Positions 1 to 8,058 of a stretch of 25,401 nucleotides of DNA are shown here, in pieces. How positions within the stretch are numbered: the stretch's first letter is position 1; each line of letters opens with the position of its first letter. The notes beneath the pieces were generated by a model, which saw nothing but the letters and a program-made list of their open reading frames with translations, had not been told where the DNA came from and did not search any database. Source of the stretch: Oculatellaceae cyanobacterium bins.114 (GTDB lineage Bacteria > Cyanobacteriota > Cyanobacteriia > Elainellales > Elainellaceae); NCBI GenBank assembly GCA_033764315.1, contig JANRJA010000127.1, forward strand, positions 1 to 25,401. The letters run 5' to 3'. The translations under genes were made by a program, and so were the position numbers.

Positions 1-171
1 CGAGGTGACAAAGGTGGTTCCAGTCAACCAGCCACCTAGTGCTAAATAAGCACAGGGAAACAGCAGGATGCCTGACCAGCCAACGAATACAAATCTATCG
101 CGCTTGAGCCAGTCGTCGAGGACGTCAAACCATCCTCGCTCTGCTTGCGCGCGCCCCATTGCTATGGTCAT
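1..171 (-). CDS. psbD: Photosystem II D2 protein, 5' part (runs off window start)
   Basis: Minus-strand translation from ATG at 171: [57 protein letters not shown], the D2 N-terminus. GGAG SD lies upstream. Confidence 0.97.
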   Translation of the reverse strand, partial: MTIAMGRAQAERGWFDVLDDWLKRDRFVFVGWSGILLFPCAYLALGGWLTGTTFVTS

Positions 172-274
172 AGCGCGGATCTCCAAAAATAAATTATGAG
201 TACAGATTGAAGTTACTGCTCTTGCGACCCATTTCTTGAGGTAATGCAAAAAATGGGACTGAATATGAACAGTA

Positions 275-292
275 TTTACGTTTCTTTACCTT
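275..292. promoter_or_regulatory. Putative HLR1 (RpaB-binding) direct repeat upstream of psbD
   Basis: TTTACGTT-tc-TTTACCTT, 10-bp periodic, similar to the (G/T)TTACA(T/A)(T/A) HLR1 repeat found at photosystem gene promoters. Confidence 0.45.
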
Positions 293-526
293 GTTATGAA
301 TTATATCGATATCTCTTCAGATTTTGCATCGTTACTGACCTAAATTAATGGCTTTAGACAGGGGAAAATTAGGAGATCTGGCTTTTCCCAGTTCTGATAT
401 AGCTTTTTACGGTTGTGGCGATCGCCCCATCCTGACCAATATTCATGACCAATCCTTTGAGATTGAGCAACTTCTGTAGACATTTGAGATACTAGAGATC
501 GGTTTGCATTAGCTAGTGAATGCCTC

Positions 527-802
527 ATGTTTATTATTGATATTGCTCTGAGAAATACCCCTGCGATGTTATCTGTGCAACGGAAGACCGTTGAGGATGC
601 TGAAGCGGTTTACAAAGAAGTGCTGGATGCCATTCGCTCAGGTAGTCCGGTCATTTTAGAGTTGACTTGCGAAAAGCAGCCCGACAAAAAAACGGGGATT
701 TTGGTCAGCGAGATTTCAGCCGTTCAACTATCTGAGAAGTCTGGAGCAGGTACGTCATCCGGTAGACCTCCTGGATTTTTTGCATTGACTGCTGAGGCAT
801 AA
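527..802 (+). CDS. Conserved cyanobacterial small protein (UPF0367-like)
   Basis: 91 aa with SVQRK...AEAVY...LELTCEKQPDKK...PPGFF, a pattern recalled from this family. Confidence 0.75.
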   Translation: MFIIDIALRNTPAMLSVQRKTVEDAEAVYKEVLDAIRSGSPVILELTCEKQPDKKTGILVSEISAVQLSEKSGAGTSSGRPPGFFALTAEA

Positions 803-824
803 TTCTCATTTTTGGGCTGACATT

Positions 825-1499
825 ATGAGTGAATCGGCGATCGCCATCCGCAATCTCAGCTTTGAGTGGTCAACTCAGTCGCCTGTGTTGCAATCTTGCT
901 CATTGGAAGTACCCAAAGGGCAGTTTTGGATGTTATTGGGAACCAATGGCAGTGGCAAGTCCACCTTGCTGAAACTACTAGCGGGGTTATTGCCGATTCA
1001 ATCGGGAGAGATCGAGATCCACAAACCCGTTGGCTTTGTGTTTCAAAATCCTGATCATCAATTGGTAATGCCCACTGTCGCAGCCGATGTTGCCTTTGGT
1101 CTGGTTGAAGAAAAACTGCCATTAGCTGAAGTGCGGCGGCGGGTTGAAGACGCCCTAGCGGCTGTCAATCTGTGGCACCTGCAACGTCGCCCAATCTATG
1201 CATTGAGTGGTGGGCAAAAACAGCGCATTGCCCTGGCAGGGGCGATCGCACGTCATTGCGAGGTGTTGCTGTTAGATGAACCCACGGCTTTATTAGATCC
1301 GGAGAGCCAACTGGATTTGGTGGCTCAGGTGCAACGATTAGTCAAAAGCCGTGGATTAACCGCTCTATGGGTGACACATCGGTTAGATGAGTTGGAGTAT
1401 TGTGACGGGGCCTTCTTGCTAGAGCAAGGACATGTCGTCGAGCAAGGCGACCCCCAACGACTAAAACAACGGTTAATTAGCAGTCAACCTGCCGCATAA
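825..1499 (+). CDS. ABC transporter ATP-binding protein, EcfA/CbiO-like
   Basis: Walker A GTNGSGKST, VFQNPDHQ Q-loop typical of ECF ATPases, LSGGQKQR signature, LLLDEPT Walker B, VTH H-loop. Confidence 0.9.
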   Translation: MSESAIAIRNLSFEWSTQSPVLQSCSLEVPKGQFWMLLGTNGSGKSTLLKLLAGLLPIQSGEIEIHKPVGFVFQNPDHQLVMPTVAADVAFGLVEEKLPLAEVRRRVEDALAAVNLWHLQRRPIYALSGGQKQRIALAGAIARHCEVLLLDEPTALLDPESQLDLVAQVQRLVKSRGLTALWVTHRLDELEYCDGAFLLEQGHVVEQGDPQRLKQRLISSQPAA

Positions 1500-1510
1500 A
1501 GCAGCAGGCT

Positions 1511-2314
1511 TTAGGTGGATTGTGCCCCAACCTTAGTTAACGGGTCTGTTGCAGGCAACGACGATAGACCGAATTCTTCCTGAATCGAGGGAGTCAAGGG
1601 GCGAAAATTGACAAAAAAGGTTTTGACCCGATCGATCATATTTCCTACCGTTGGCTTGTTGCGATTACCAGACGCATTTTCGCCATGCGCATAGGTATAT
1701 AGCGCACCCGCAAAGGGTAACGGTTCGAGTGGGGTACCCTTCTCAGCAAATAGTTTCTCAACGGTGGAATGCTTGGTGTAATAGCCAGAAAAATCTAACG
1801 CTTGATCATGCAAGTCGTCAGGCACTTTGACCAAATCTGACCGCAAAATATTACAACTGCCGCACCGTCTGTAAAAGTCGTTGTGAGCCAGATAAATTTG
1901 TTTACTGCCTTCTGCATACAAATAGCCTTGCCGCATATACCATCCATTTGCTGTAGGATGTTGCCCAACATATTCTGTTAGACGACGACTCACCAAATCA
2001 TCAGCATCAACCTTCATCACATGGGTAGGATTTGATTCCAAAGCATATTTAAGAGCCGTGAGATGTTTCCGCATGCGATCGCGCACTTTTTCAAAGCGAA
2101 CATCTGCGGCTGGCACCGGAAAATCTACCGGAATGTAAGTGATCTTGGGATGATGAAAGTCAATCTCTGGTTTCTCGTGGCAAGCTACCACAACATTAAA
2201 GTCAGATGAGGTTTGATTACAAAGCGAGCGGAGGGTGCGTTCAAAGAGTAGCGTCACTGTATCCCATGACTTAGAAACCTTTGAACTTTGTAATGGAATC
2301 ACGAAAGATAACAT
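1511..2314 (-). CDS. Glycosyltransferase, GT-A fold (family 2-like)
   Basis: N-terminal FVIPL beta strand, TLRSLCNQT motif and DADD (DxD) motif. Confidence 0.7.
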   Translation of the reverse strand: MLSFVIPLQSSKVSKSWDTVTLLFERTLRSLCNQTSSDFNVVVACHEKPEIDFHHPKITYIPVDFPVPAADVRFEKVRDRMRKHLTALKYALESNPTHVMKVDADDLVSRRLTEYVGQHPTANGWYMRQGYLYAEGSKQIYLAHNDFYRRCGSCNILRSDLVKVPDDLHDQALDFSGYYTKHSTVEKLFAEKGTPLEPLPFAGALYTYAHGENASGNRNKPTVGNMIDRVKTFFVNFRPLTPSIQEEFGLSSLPATDPLTKVGAQST

Positions 2315-2478
2315 AGGTGCTTCTCCATACCCCTATAAAGGTGAGCCATGAATTGCAATCGAAGTGGTGGACTCAATCAATCCAAGCGCAAAAGTCTTGA
2401 ATTGTCGGTGGAGATGCACGAGTATGTTTCTCAAAATCTGATAGCTATGAGTCCATGACAACCCGAAACCCTCAAACT

Positions 2479-2554
2479 TGTAGCAGCCCTAAAGCAATTG
2501 CGAAATAGGTACACCTCTCACAACCCTCTTGCGATGGCTTTTGCGATGGCTATA
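2479..2554. mobile_element. Degenerate copy of the TATAGC-ended MITE-like element (cf. 17377-17454)
   Basis: tgtagcagccctaaagcaattgcgaaa...ggtacacc...tctcacaa...gcgatggctata shows the same end and central motifs as the element at 17377. Confidence 0.4.
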
Positions 2555-2778
2555 CGAGGCTTACAACTGATATGAAGCTTATTGAAGCTTATAGTGTCAA
2601 CTTGGTTTTAGCACGTTTTTAGAAAGGAGAAGCCTGAACCTGATGAACTTGACTAAACCTACAGAAAATTTCATTGAACCTTCACACCATGTTGCCCTTA
2701 TTCCATCAACGGTCGTGAGTTGAAAGTAAGGATTTTGGAGTAAGGATGATGACCGCAGCGAAGCACATTTATCCTTGT

Positions 2779-3414
2779 TTATTTCGTTCCATAAAGGCGA
2801 TCGCCTGCATCGCCCAATCCTGGAATAATGTAGCCCCGCTTATCTAAATACTGATCAATTGAAGCAGTATATACAGGAATTTCAGGATGTTGTTCATGAA
2901 AATGCTGCAATCCTTCTGGTGCTGCTAGTAAACAGACAAACTTAATCGATAAAGGGTTTGCTTCCTTTAAACGATCAACCGCTGCAACAGCAGAGTTACC
3001 TGTTGCCAACATCGGATCAACCACTAACATATCGCGCTTTTCGACATCAACTGGCAACTTCAAATAATACTCAACCGCAGTTAATGTAATTGGTTCACGA
3101 TATAGACCAATATGCCCGACTTTTGCATTTGGAATTAGCTCTAACATGCCATCTAAAAGACCCTGTCCGGCACGCATGATTGAGACAATCACCATATTTT
3201 TATCAGCCGCCAAAATAGGAGCCTCCATATCAGTTAAAGGAGTCTGAATCGTTTCATATTTCAATGGCAAATCTCGCGTTACTTCGTAGGCCAGTAACAT
3301 TGATATTTCCTTCAGTAACCGACGGAAATCTTGGGTATTAGTTTGTTTTTGGCGCATAAGCGTTAGCTTGTGCTGCACCAAAGGATGCTGAATGACTGTT
3401 ACCTCTGCTGCCAT
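2779..3414 (-). CDS. upp: Uracil phosphoribosyltransferase (URC6/FUR1 equivalent)
   Basis: [19 protein letters not shown]-binding [10 protein letters not shown] and C-terminal [21 protein letters not shown] at 3414 is preferred over TTG at 3423. Confidence 0.96.
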   Translation of the reverse strand: MAAEVTVIQHPLVQHKLTLMRQKQTNTQDFRRLLKEISMLLAYEVTRDLPLKYETIQTPLTDMEAPILAADKNMVIVSIMRAGQGLLDGMLELIPNAKVGHIGLYREPITLTAVEYYLKLPVDVEKRDMLVVDPMLATGNSAVAAVDRLKEANPLSIKFVCLLAAPEGLQHFHEQHPEIPVYTASIDQYLDKRGYIIPGLGDAGDRLYGTK

Positions 3415-3615
3415 TGATATCAACTCAATTTATTGGAAACTACTAAAAAATAGATGCCATATTGTATAGGTGAAAATCAAAATAAGCAAGCAGTACACAA
3501 CCCCCCATTTTAATCATTTACAAAGGTTGGAGAGCTGATATTTCCTCACTTTAATTACCTCTGCTTAATTGTCACTAATTGTGTAAGTGAATAACAATTC
3601 CAGAGGTTTGGAGTA

Positions 3616-3629
3616 GTAGAATAATGTAC
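3616..3629. promoter_or_regulatory. Possible NtcA box (GTA-N8-TAC) in the divergent upp/URC1 intergenic region
   Basis: GTAgaataatgTAC, overlapping a TAGAAT -10-like hexamer (3617-3622) on the + strand. Confidence 0.35.
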
Positions 3630-3659
3630 CATCAGTATGCAGGGTGCACCGTCATTCAT

Positions 3660-4919
3660 ATGACCGCAAATCAGCCAAAACCAAAATCAAAGCATATTAT
3701 CTTAACGTCCCACCAAAATAATGCCGGCACAAAAGTGCCACCTATTGTGTGGGGAGCTGCCGACCCTCGCGATCGCGGTCCTATTGTTAGTTCTGTCAGG
3801 AGTACGGCGGGTCGCAATGTGATTGGTACACATGGTGGGTCTTACAGTGTTTATCGGGCGTTAGCTGTTGCCAGTGGAGTTTTAGATCCCGATCATCGGG
3901 CTGACTTAACCAATACATCACCCATCGTTCATATTGGTCCTTATCCCAGTTGGAGCGATGCCGAAAAAATCGTCTCGCTCGATCCATTTGGGGCGATCGC
4001 TGGAGAGGTATTTGCCCATCACTATCCCACTGATTACGACATTCGCCCGACCATTGCCGTTACCAAAGCCCACATCACCATTCCTGAATTTAAAGATGAA
4101 ATTGCTGCTGGGCGACTGCACGTAGATGGCAAACTACTCAAATCAGACGGCAGTTTATTAGTAACAAAAGCGGCGATCGACCCAGTATGGTATCTCCCTG
4201 GCATTGCCAAACGCCTGAGCGTGGACGAATGGGAACTGCGGCGCATTCTGTTTCAACAAACAGGCGGCATGTTTCCTGAGTTGGTCACTCGCCCTGACTT
4301 ACACGTCTTTTTGCCCCCCATTGGAGGCACAACGGTTTATATCATTGGCGATGAAACCACAATCACCGATCCGACAAAACCGCTAGCGGTGCGGGTGCAT
4401 GATGAATGCAACGGGTCTGATGTGTTTGGGTCTGATATTTGTACCTGTCGTCCTTACCTGGTACACGGGATTGAGGTTTGCATTCAAGCGGCTCAAGCCG
4501 GAGGAGCTGGAGTCATCGTTTATTGCCGCAAAGAAGGACGTGCTCTGGGCGAAGTCACTAAGTTTTTGGTCTATAACGCTCGCAAACGTCAAGAGGGGGG
4601 CGATCGCGCCGATGCCTATTTCATTCGCACAGAATGCGTGGCAGGGGTTCAGGATATGCGCTTTCAGGAACTGATGCCAGATGTCTTGCTCTGGTTGGGC
4701 ATCACCAAGATCGACCAGTTAGTCTCAATGAGCAACCTGAAATATAACGCCATTACCAATGCGGGCATTGCAGTTGTCAAGCGCATCCCGATTCCACCTG
4801 AATTCATTCCGGCAGATGCCCAGGTTGAGATCGAAGCCAAAAAAGCCTCTGGTTACTACTCTGACAACGGGGTTTTAGAGCAAGATTTGCTGGCACAGGT
4901 CAAGGGGCGAGATTATTAG
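3660..4919 (+). CDS. URC1-type GTP cyclohydrolase II-family protein (putative cyclohydrolase of uracil catabolism)
   Basis: Long N-terminal extension (WGAADP..RGP, RNVIGTHGGSYSVYRALA) plus GCH-II core VRVHDECNGSDVFGSDICTC and KEGRALGEVTKFLVYNARKR. Neighbours are URC4 and upp. Start placed at ATG 3660. Confidence 0.9.
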   Translation: MTANQPKPKSKHIILTSHQNNAGTKVPPIVWGAADPRDRGPIVSSVRSTAGRNVIGTHGGSYSVYRALAVASGVLDPDHRADLTNTSPIVHIGPYPSWSDAEKIVSLDPFGAIAGEVFAHHYPTDYDIRPTIAVTKAHITIPEFKDEIAAGRLHVDGKLLKSDGSLLVTKAAIDPVWYLPGIAKRLSVDEWELRRILFQQTGGMFPELVTRPDLHVFLPPIGGTTVYIIGDETTITDPTKPLAVRVHDECNGSDVFGSDICTCRPYLVHGIEVCIQAAQAGGAGVIVYCRKEGRALGEVTKFLVYNARKRQEGGDRADAYFIRTECVAGVQDMRFQELMPDVLLWLGITKIDQLVSMSNLKYNAITNAGIAVVKRIPIPPEFIPADAQVEIEAKKASGYYSDNGVLEQDLLAQVKGRDY

Positions 4920-4977
4920 GGAGTGGGGAGTCGGGTAAAGCTCCTTTTATCCTTTAGCCTTTAGCCCTTATCCGTCT
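4920..4977. repeat. STRR-like heptamer repeats between convergent URC1 and URC4
   Basis: ggggagt ggggagt followed by tttatcc tttagcc tttagcc cttatcc. Confidence 0.7.
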
Positions 4978-6234
4978 CTAAAACACGGTGCCATCACTCT
5001 GAATCTGGATGGGGGGTTTGCCTCCGGGTCGCTTTTCGGCGGCGATCGCTCGACCTGCTGCCCAAGTGCCTCCTTCTAACACCTTCACCAGAGGGAGCTC
5101 TAACGGAGACATGCCCAATGTTTGACGAATCGTATCGGCGATCGCGTCTAACAAAACTACCGTCAAGGCTCGCCATTCGACAATCACCTCTGAGCCAGGA
5201 AGATGGGTGTCAGTGGTCACCTCTGGCTGTTTTGCCTGGATCAACCCCATATCAACACACAAGCCTCCATTGCGATATTCGGCTAAACCCGTCAGTTGAT
5301 CTAGCCCGGTGATGGTGATGCCTAACTCTTGCAGCGGTTCTAACAATGAGTAAGTCAGCCACTGAGATAGTTTGTGAAAGGGAACAAGTTGTGACCCCAA
5401 AGCCGTTTGGGGCAATGCTGAATGAACCCAGACATCTCCCAAATTGACTCCCGCGATCGCCACTCGCCCTGCCCAAATCTCGCTTAACCCCCGCAAAACA
5501 GCCGCAAATACGGTGCTTGCCGCTAGCTGCTGATGATGGGCCTGTTGCACCAAATAATCGACCAAATATCCCGGACGGGGATTTGTTTCCCCAAATAATT
5601 GAGGATCGTTGTGTAAGACCTGCCCCAGTTGTTGCAACAGCTTCAATCGCCCTTCAAGCCCCACTAAAGGATTGTCTGTTGTCACCTGAAACCCTTGAGC
5701 GAGAGCGTCTTTAGTCAATTGTTGTAACCCTGTTGCATCGACTTGAAAAGGACGCTCTAGATCACTGGAAAATAACCCTTGACTAACCATATTAAAGCTA
5801 GCGATCGCCAACCCCTCTGATCGCCGAAAGACTTGACCTGTCTCAGCTTCAACATAGCTCCAGGAGGCTCCGGCTCCAGCATCTAACAACACACTGGCGA
5901 TCGCCAAATCAAACTTGGCTCTAGCTTGTTCCAATGCATTTAGATGAGACACCGACTGCTGTAATCGGGCAACACGGGCCACTCCACCCACATCAAAATG
6001 CCGCCAGCGACTATGAAATGGCACTTGCAGGTCGGGATAATTGGCTTGCATGACTTGCAACACAAAAGCAGCCGTTGGCTCTAACTGGCTCAAATCACAC
6101 CGAAAATATTGCAATCGATCTTGCTGAGCCAACTCAAATAACTGACCACAGCGATCGCGAATAGCTTGAGGAGATCGAAGATAGGCGATCGTGGCTTGCT
6201 CTGCCGAAGACACATCCTGAAAATTAGCTACCAT
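4978..6234 (-). CDS. URC4/Urg3 family protein (DUF1688)
   Basis: PFHSRWRHF, SVLLDAGAG, RSEGLA, VPFHKLSQWLTYSLLEP, LTGLAEYRNGGL, EWRALTV and C-terminal SDGTVF are hallmark URC4 motifs. Confidence 0.93.
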   Translation of the reverse strand: MVANFQDVSSAEQATIAYLRSPQAIRDRCGQLFELAQQDRLQYFRCDLSQLEPTAAFVLQVMQANYPDLQVPFHSRWRHFDVGGVARVARLQQSVSHLNALEQARAKFDLAIASVLLDAGAGASWSYVEAETGQVFRRSEGLAIASFNMVSQGLFSSDLERPFQVDATGLQQLTKDALAQGFQVTTDNPLVGLEGRLKLLQQLGQVLHNDPQLFGETNPRPGYLVDYLVQQAHHQQLAASTVFAAVLRGLSEIWAGRVAIAGVNLGDVWVHSALPQTALGSQLVPFHKLSQWLTYSLLEPLQELGITITGLDQLTGLAEYRNGGLCVDMGLIQAKQPEVTTDTHLPGSEVIVEWRALTVVLLDAIADTIRQTLGMSPLELPLVKVLEGGTWAAGRAIAAEKRPGGKPPIQIQSDGTVF

Positions 6235-6330
6235 AATTCACAGCACCCCATTTGCTCTTCATCACAATAGCTTGTTGTGGAGCTAAGGAGAGCAGGGTTA
6301 AGAGCAATCAGGCGATCGCGCATTGGTAAT

Positions 6331-6378
6331 CTAGTGCATGTTCTAGTGCATAGTTTAGGGCATGGTCTAGTGCACGAT
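6331..6378. repeat. 4 x 12-bp imperfect tandem repeat
   Basis: ctagtgcatgtt ctagtgcatagt ttagggcatggt ctagtgcacgat. Confidence 0.8.
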
Positions 6379-6411
6379 ATTCTGCGGTTTTTGCTCCCCT
6401 TTTTCCGGCTT

Positions 6412-6816
6412 CTACACTCGCAGTTTCGGTTCAGTTTGCATAGCCGCCGTGTAAGCTCTCCACCCACCCCATGACGTAATCTCTGGTTGATTTTCACAGA
6501 GAAAGGGTTCGCCTAACACCCCCAAAACTGTTTCACCATCAATCAGCCGCACCTTACCAATACAAAGTCCCGGGGGTTCCCACAATAAAATAGTGCAAAT
6601 TCCGGCAGGGGGCACTGCCCACACTTCAACAGCGATCGCCCGCCCACCCTGAGTCACCCGCAGCATCGCAGGATGGCGATCATTAATAGACCACAGCCGA
6701 TAACTCGGTTCTGTGAAGGTTTCCTGCAAAAACGTTGCACCTGCATTTAAGAGATTTTGATTTAACGCCAACCCCCGCATCAGGGTGCCGTTCACTGCCA
6801 AATTAATTGCTTCCAT
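6412..6816 (-). CDS. Stand-alone allophanate hydrolase C-terminal-domain protein (GGCT-like fold)
   Basis: LAVNGTLMRGLALN, YRLW, IAVEVWAVP, PPGLCIGKVRL.DG..VLG.LGE and ITSWGGWRAY match the C-domain of AtzF/urea amidolyase. No amidase domain is present. Confidence 0.8.
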   Translation of the reverse strand: MEAINLAVNGTLMRGLALNQNLLNAGATFLQETFTEPSYRLWSINDRHPAMLRVTQGGRAIAVEVWAVPPAGICTILLWEPPGLCIGKVRLIDGETVLGVLGEPFLCENQPEITSWGGWRAYTAAMQTEPKLRV

Positions 6817-6864
6817 GCCGAAGCCGTTTCACTCCTGATTGACTCAATAAATATTGTTTTTGAT

Positions 6865-7560
6865 CTAGACGGCGATCGCGGGTTGAGTTGCCAACTCCAA
6901 CGCCTCAATCACAGCCGCAGCCGGAGCCGTCCAACCAACGATGCCACCCTGCGCCAGCACCATCTCTAAGGTCGATTGCTTAAACTCTGGGAAATAACTC
7001 TCGGTGCAGTCTTCCACCATGAGACACTCATAACCGCGATCGTTTGCCTCGCGCATTGTGGTTTGAACACACACCTCAGTCGTCACTCCCGTCACCAGCA
7101 AATGCGTAATGCCCTTTTCCTTGAGCAAAGTCTCTAGAGGTGTGGCATAAAATGCACCTTTACCCGGCTTGAGAATCACAACCTCATCTTGAAGGGGTGC
7201 CAATTCTGGAATAATGCCGTTGCCCGGTTCACCCATGACCAAAATTCGCCCCATCGGTCCCTCGTCGCCAATCTTAAGAGACCCCTTACCCCGATTAAGC
7301 TTTGAAGGTGGACAATCTGACAAGTCAGGTTTATGACATTCAATGGTGTGAAAGACGGGTAAGCCCTTGGCTCGGAAGGTTTCTAAAAGTTGCTTTAAAG
7401 TCGGCACGATCGCCTGCAACCGCGACACATCATTACCCAACGCATCACCAAAGCCACCCGGCTCCATAAAGTCGCGTTGCATATCAATAATAATCAACGC
7501 CAAAGAACCCAAGTTTTGAGGCAATTCATAGTCATAAGGCTGAGCAGAAATAGAAACCAT
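6865..7560 (-). CDS. trtA: Cysteine hydrolase (isochorismatase family), triuret hydrolase-like
   Basis: D-K-C triad motifs IIDMQRDF / KPGKGAFY / GVTTEVCV, plus [28 protein letters not shown] and AQGGIVGW, which resemble TrtA as recalled. Confidence 0.8.
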   Translation of the reverse strand: MVSISAQPYDYELPQNLGSLALIIIDMQRDFMEPGGFGDALGNDVSRLQAIVPTLKQLLETFRAKGLPVFHTIECHKPDLSDCPPSKLNRGKGSLKIGDEGPMGRILVMGEPGNGIIPELAPLQDEVVILKPGKGAFYATPLETLLKEKGITHLLVTGVTTEVCVQTTMREANDRGYECLMVEDCTESYFPEFKQSTLEMVLAQGGIVGWTAPAAAVIEALELATQPAIAV

Positions 7561-7650
7561 AGGTAAAAAGGAAGATAGAAGATAGAAAAAAGAAGCAAGA
7601 GTCAGGTTGGGAAATATAGGGATAAGCGAAAAGGTTTAAGGGGGTGTGAT
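7561..7650. repeat. Purine-rich heptamer arm left of the four-helix-bundle gene
   Basis: gaagata gaagata gaaaaaa gaagcaa gag. Confidence 0.65.
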
Positions 7651-8010
7651 GTGGGAGAGAATTTAAAGAAAAGAACGAAAGATTTTGCCCTCAGAATCAT
7701 CAAGTTGTATGGTGCTTTACCAAGCTCTGTGGAAGCACAAGTGATTGGCAAACAAATTTTACGGAGTGGCACATCTGTAGGTGCTCATTACCATGAATCA
7801 TCGCGTAGCCGCTCTAAAGCAGAGTTCATCAGCAAAATTCAAGTTAGTCTTCAAGAATTAGAAGAAACCATTTATTGGCTTGAACTGCTAATTGCATCTC
7901 AACTGGTTCACGAAAGCAAACTGACAAAATTGTTGGAAGAGAGTAAAGAACTGATTGCTATCTTGGCAACTTGCATGAAAAGAGCCAAGGAATCAAAAAC
8001 TATGCGGTAA
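7651..8010 (+). CDS. Four helix bundle protein (23S rRNA IVP / Avd-like family)
   Basis: LKKRTKDFALRII, IGKQILRSGTSVGAHYHE, RSKAEFISK, ELEETIYWLELL and ELIAIL are canonical. The gene is antisense to the surrounding operon. Confidence 0.92.
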   Translation: MGENLKKRTKDFALRIIKLYGALPSSVEAQVIGKQILRSGTSVGAHYHESSRSRSKAEFISKIQVSLQELEETIYWLELLIASQLVHESKLTKLLEESKELIAILATCMKRAKESKTMR

Positions 8011-8058
8011 TCTCCCTGATTCCCTCCTCTCTTCTCTCTTCTCTCTTCTCTTTTTTGT
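8011..8058. repeat. Pyrimidine-rich heptamer arm right of the four-helix-bundle gene
   Basis: ctcctct cttctct cttctct cttctct tttttg. Confidence 0.7.

Noticed and set aside
3660-4919. Riboflavin-pathway ribA
   Set aside because: The long URC1-type N-terminal domain, HDECNGSD..SDICTC variant motif and URC4/upp neighbours indicate the URC1 subfamily.
6331-6378. CRISPR-like array
   Set aside because: Units are 12 bp and contiguous without spacers, and there are no cas genes. No CRISPR array was seen anywhere in the window.
6228-6497. Cys-rich 89-aa ORF (and antisense His-repeat ORF 6277-6474)
   Set aside because: Both overlap real genes, and their periodicity is just the 12-bp DNA tandem repeat.
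7651-8010. Diversity-generating retroelement (Avd-like gene)
   Set aside because: No reverse transcriptase and no template/variable repeat pair in the window.
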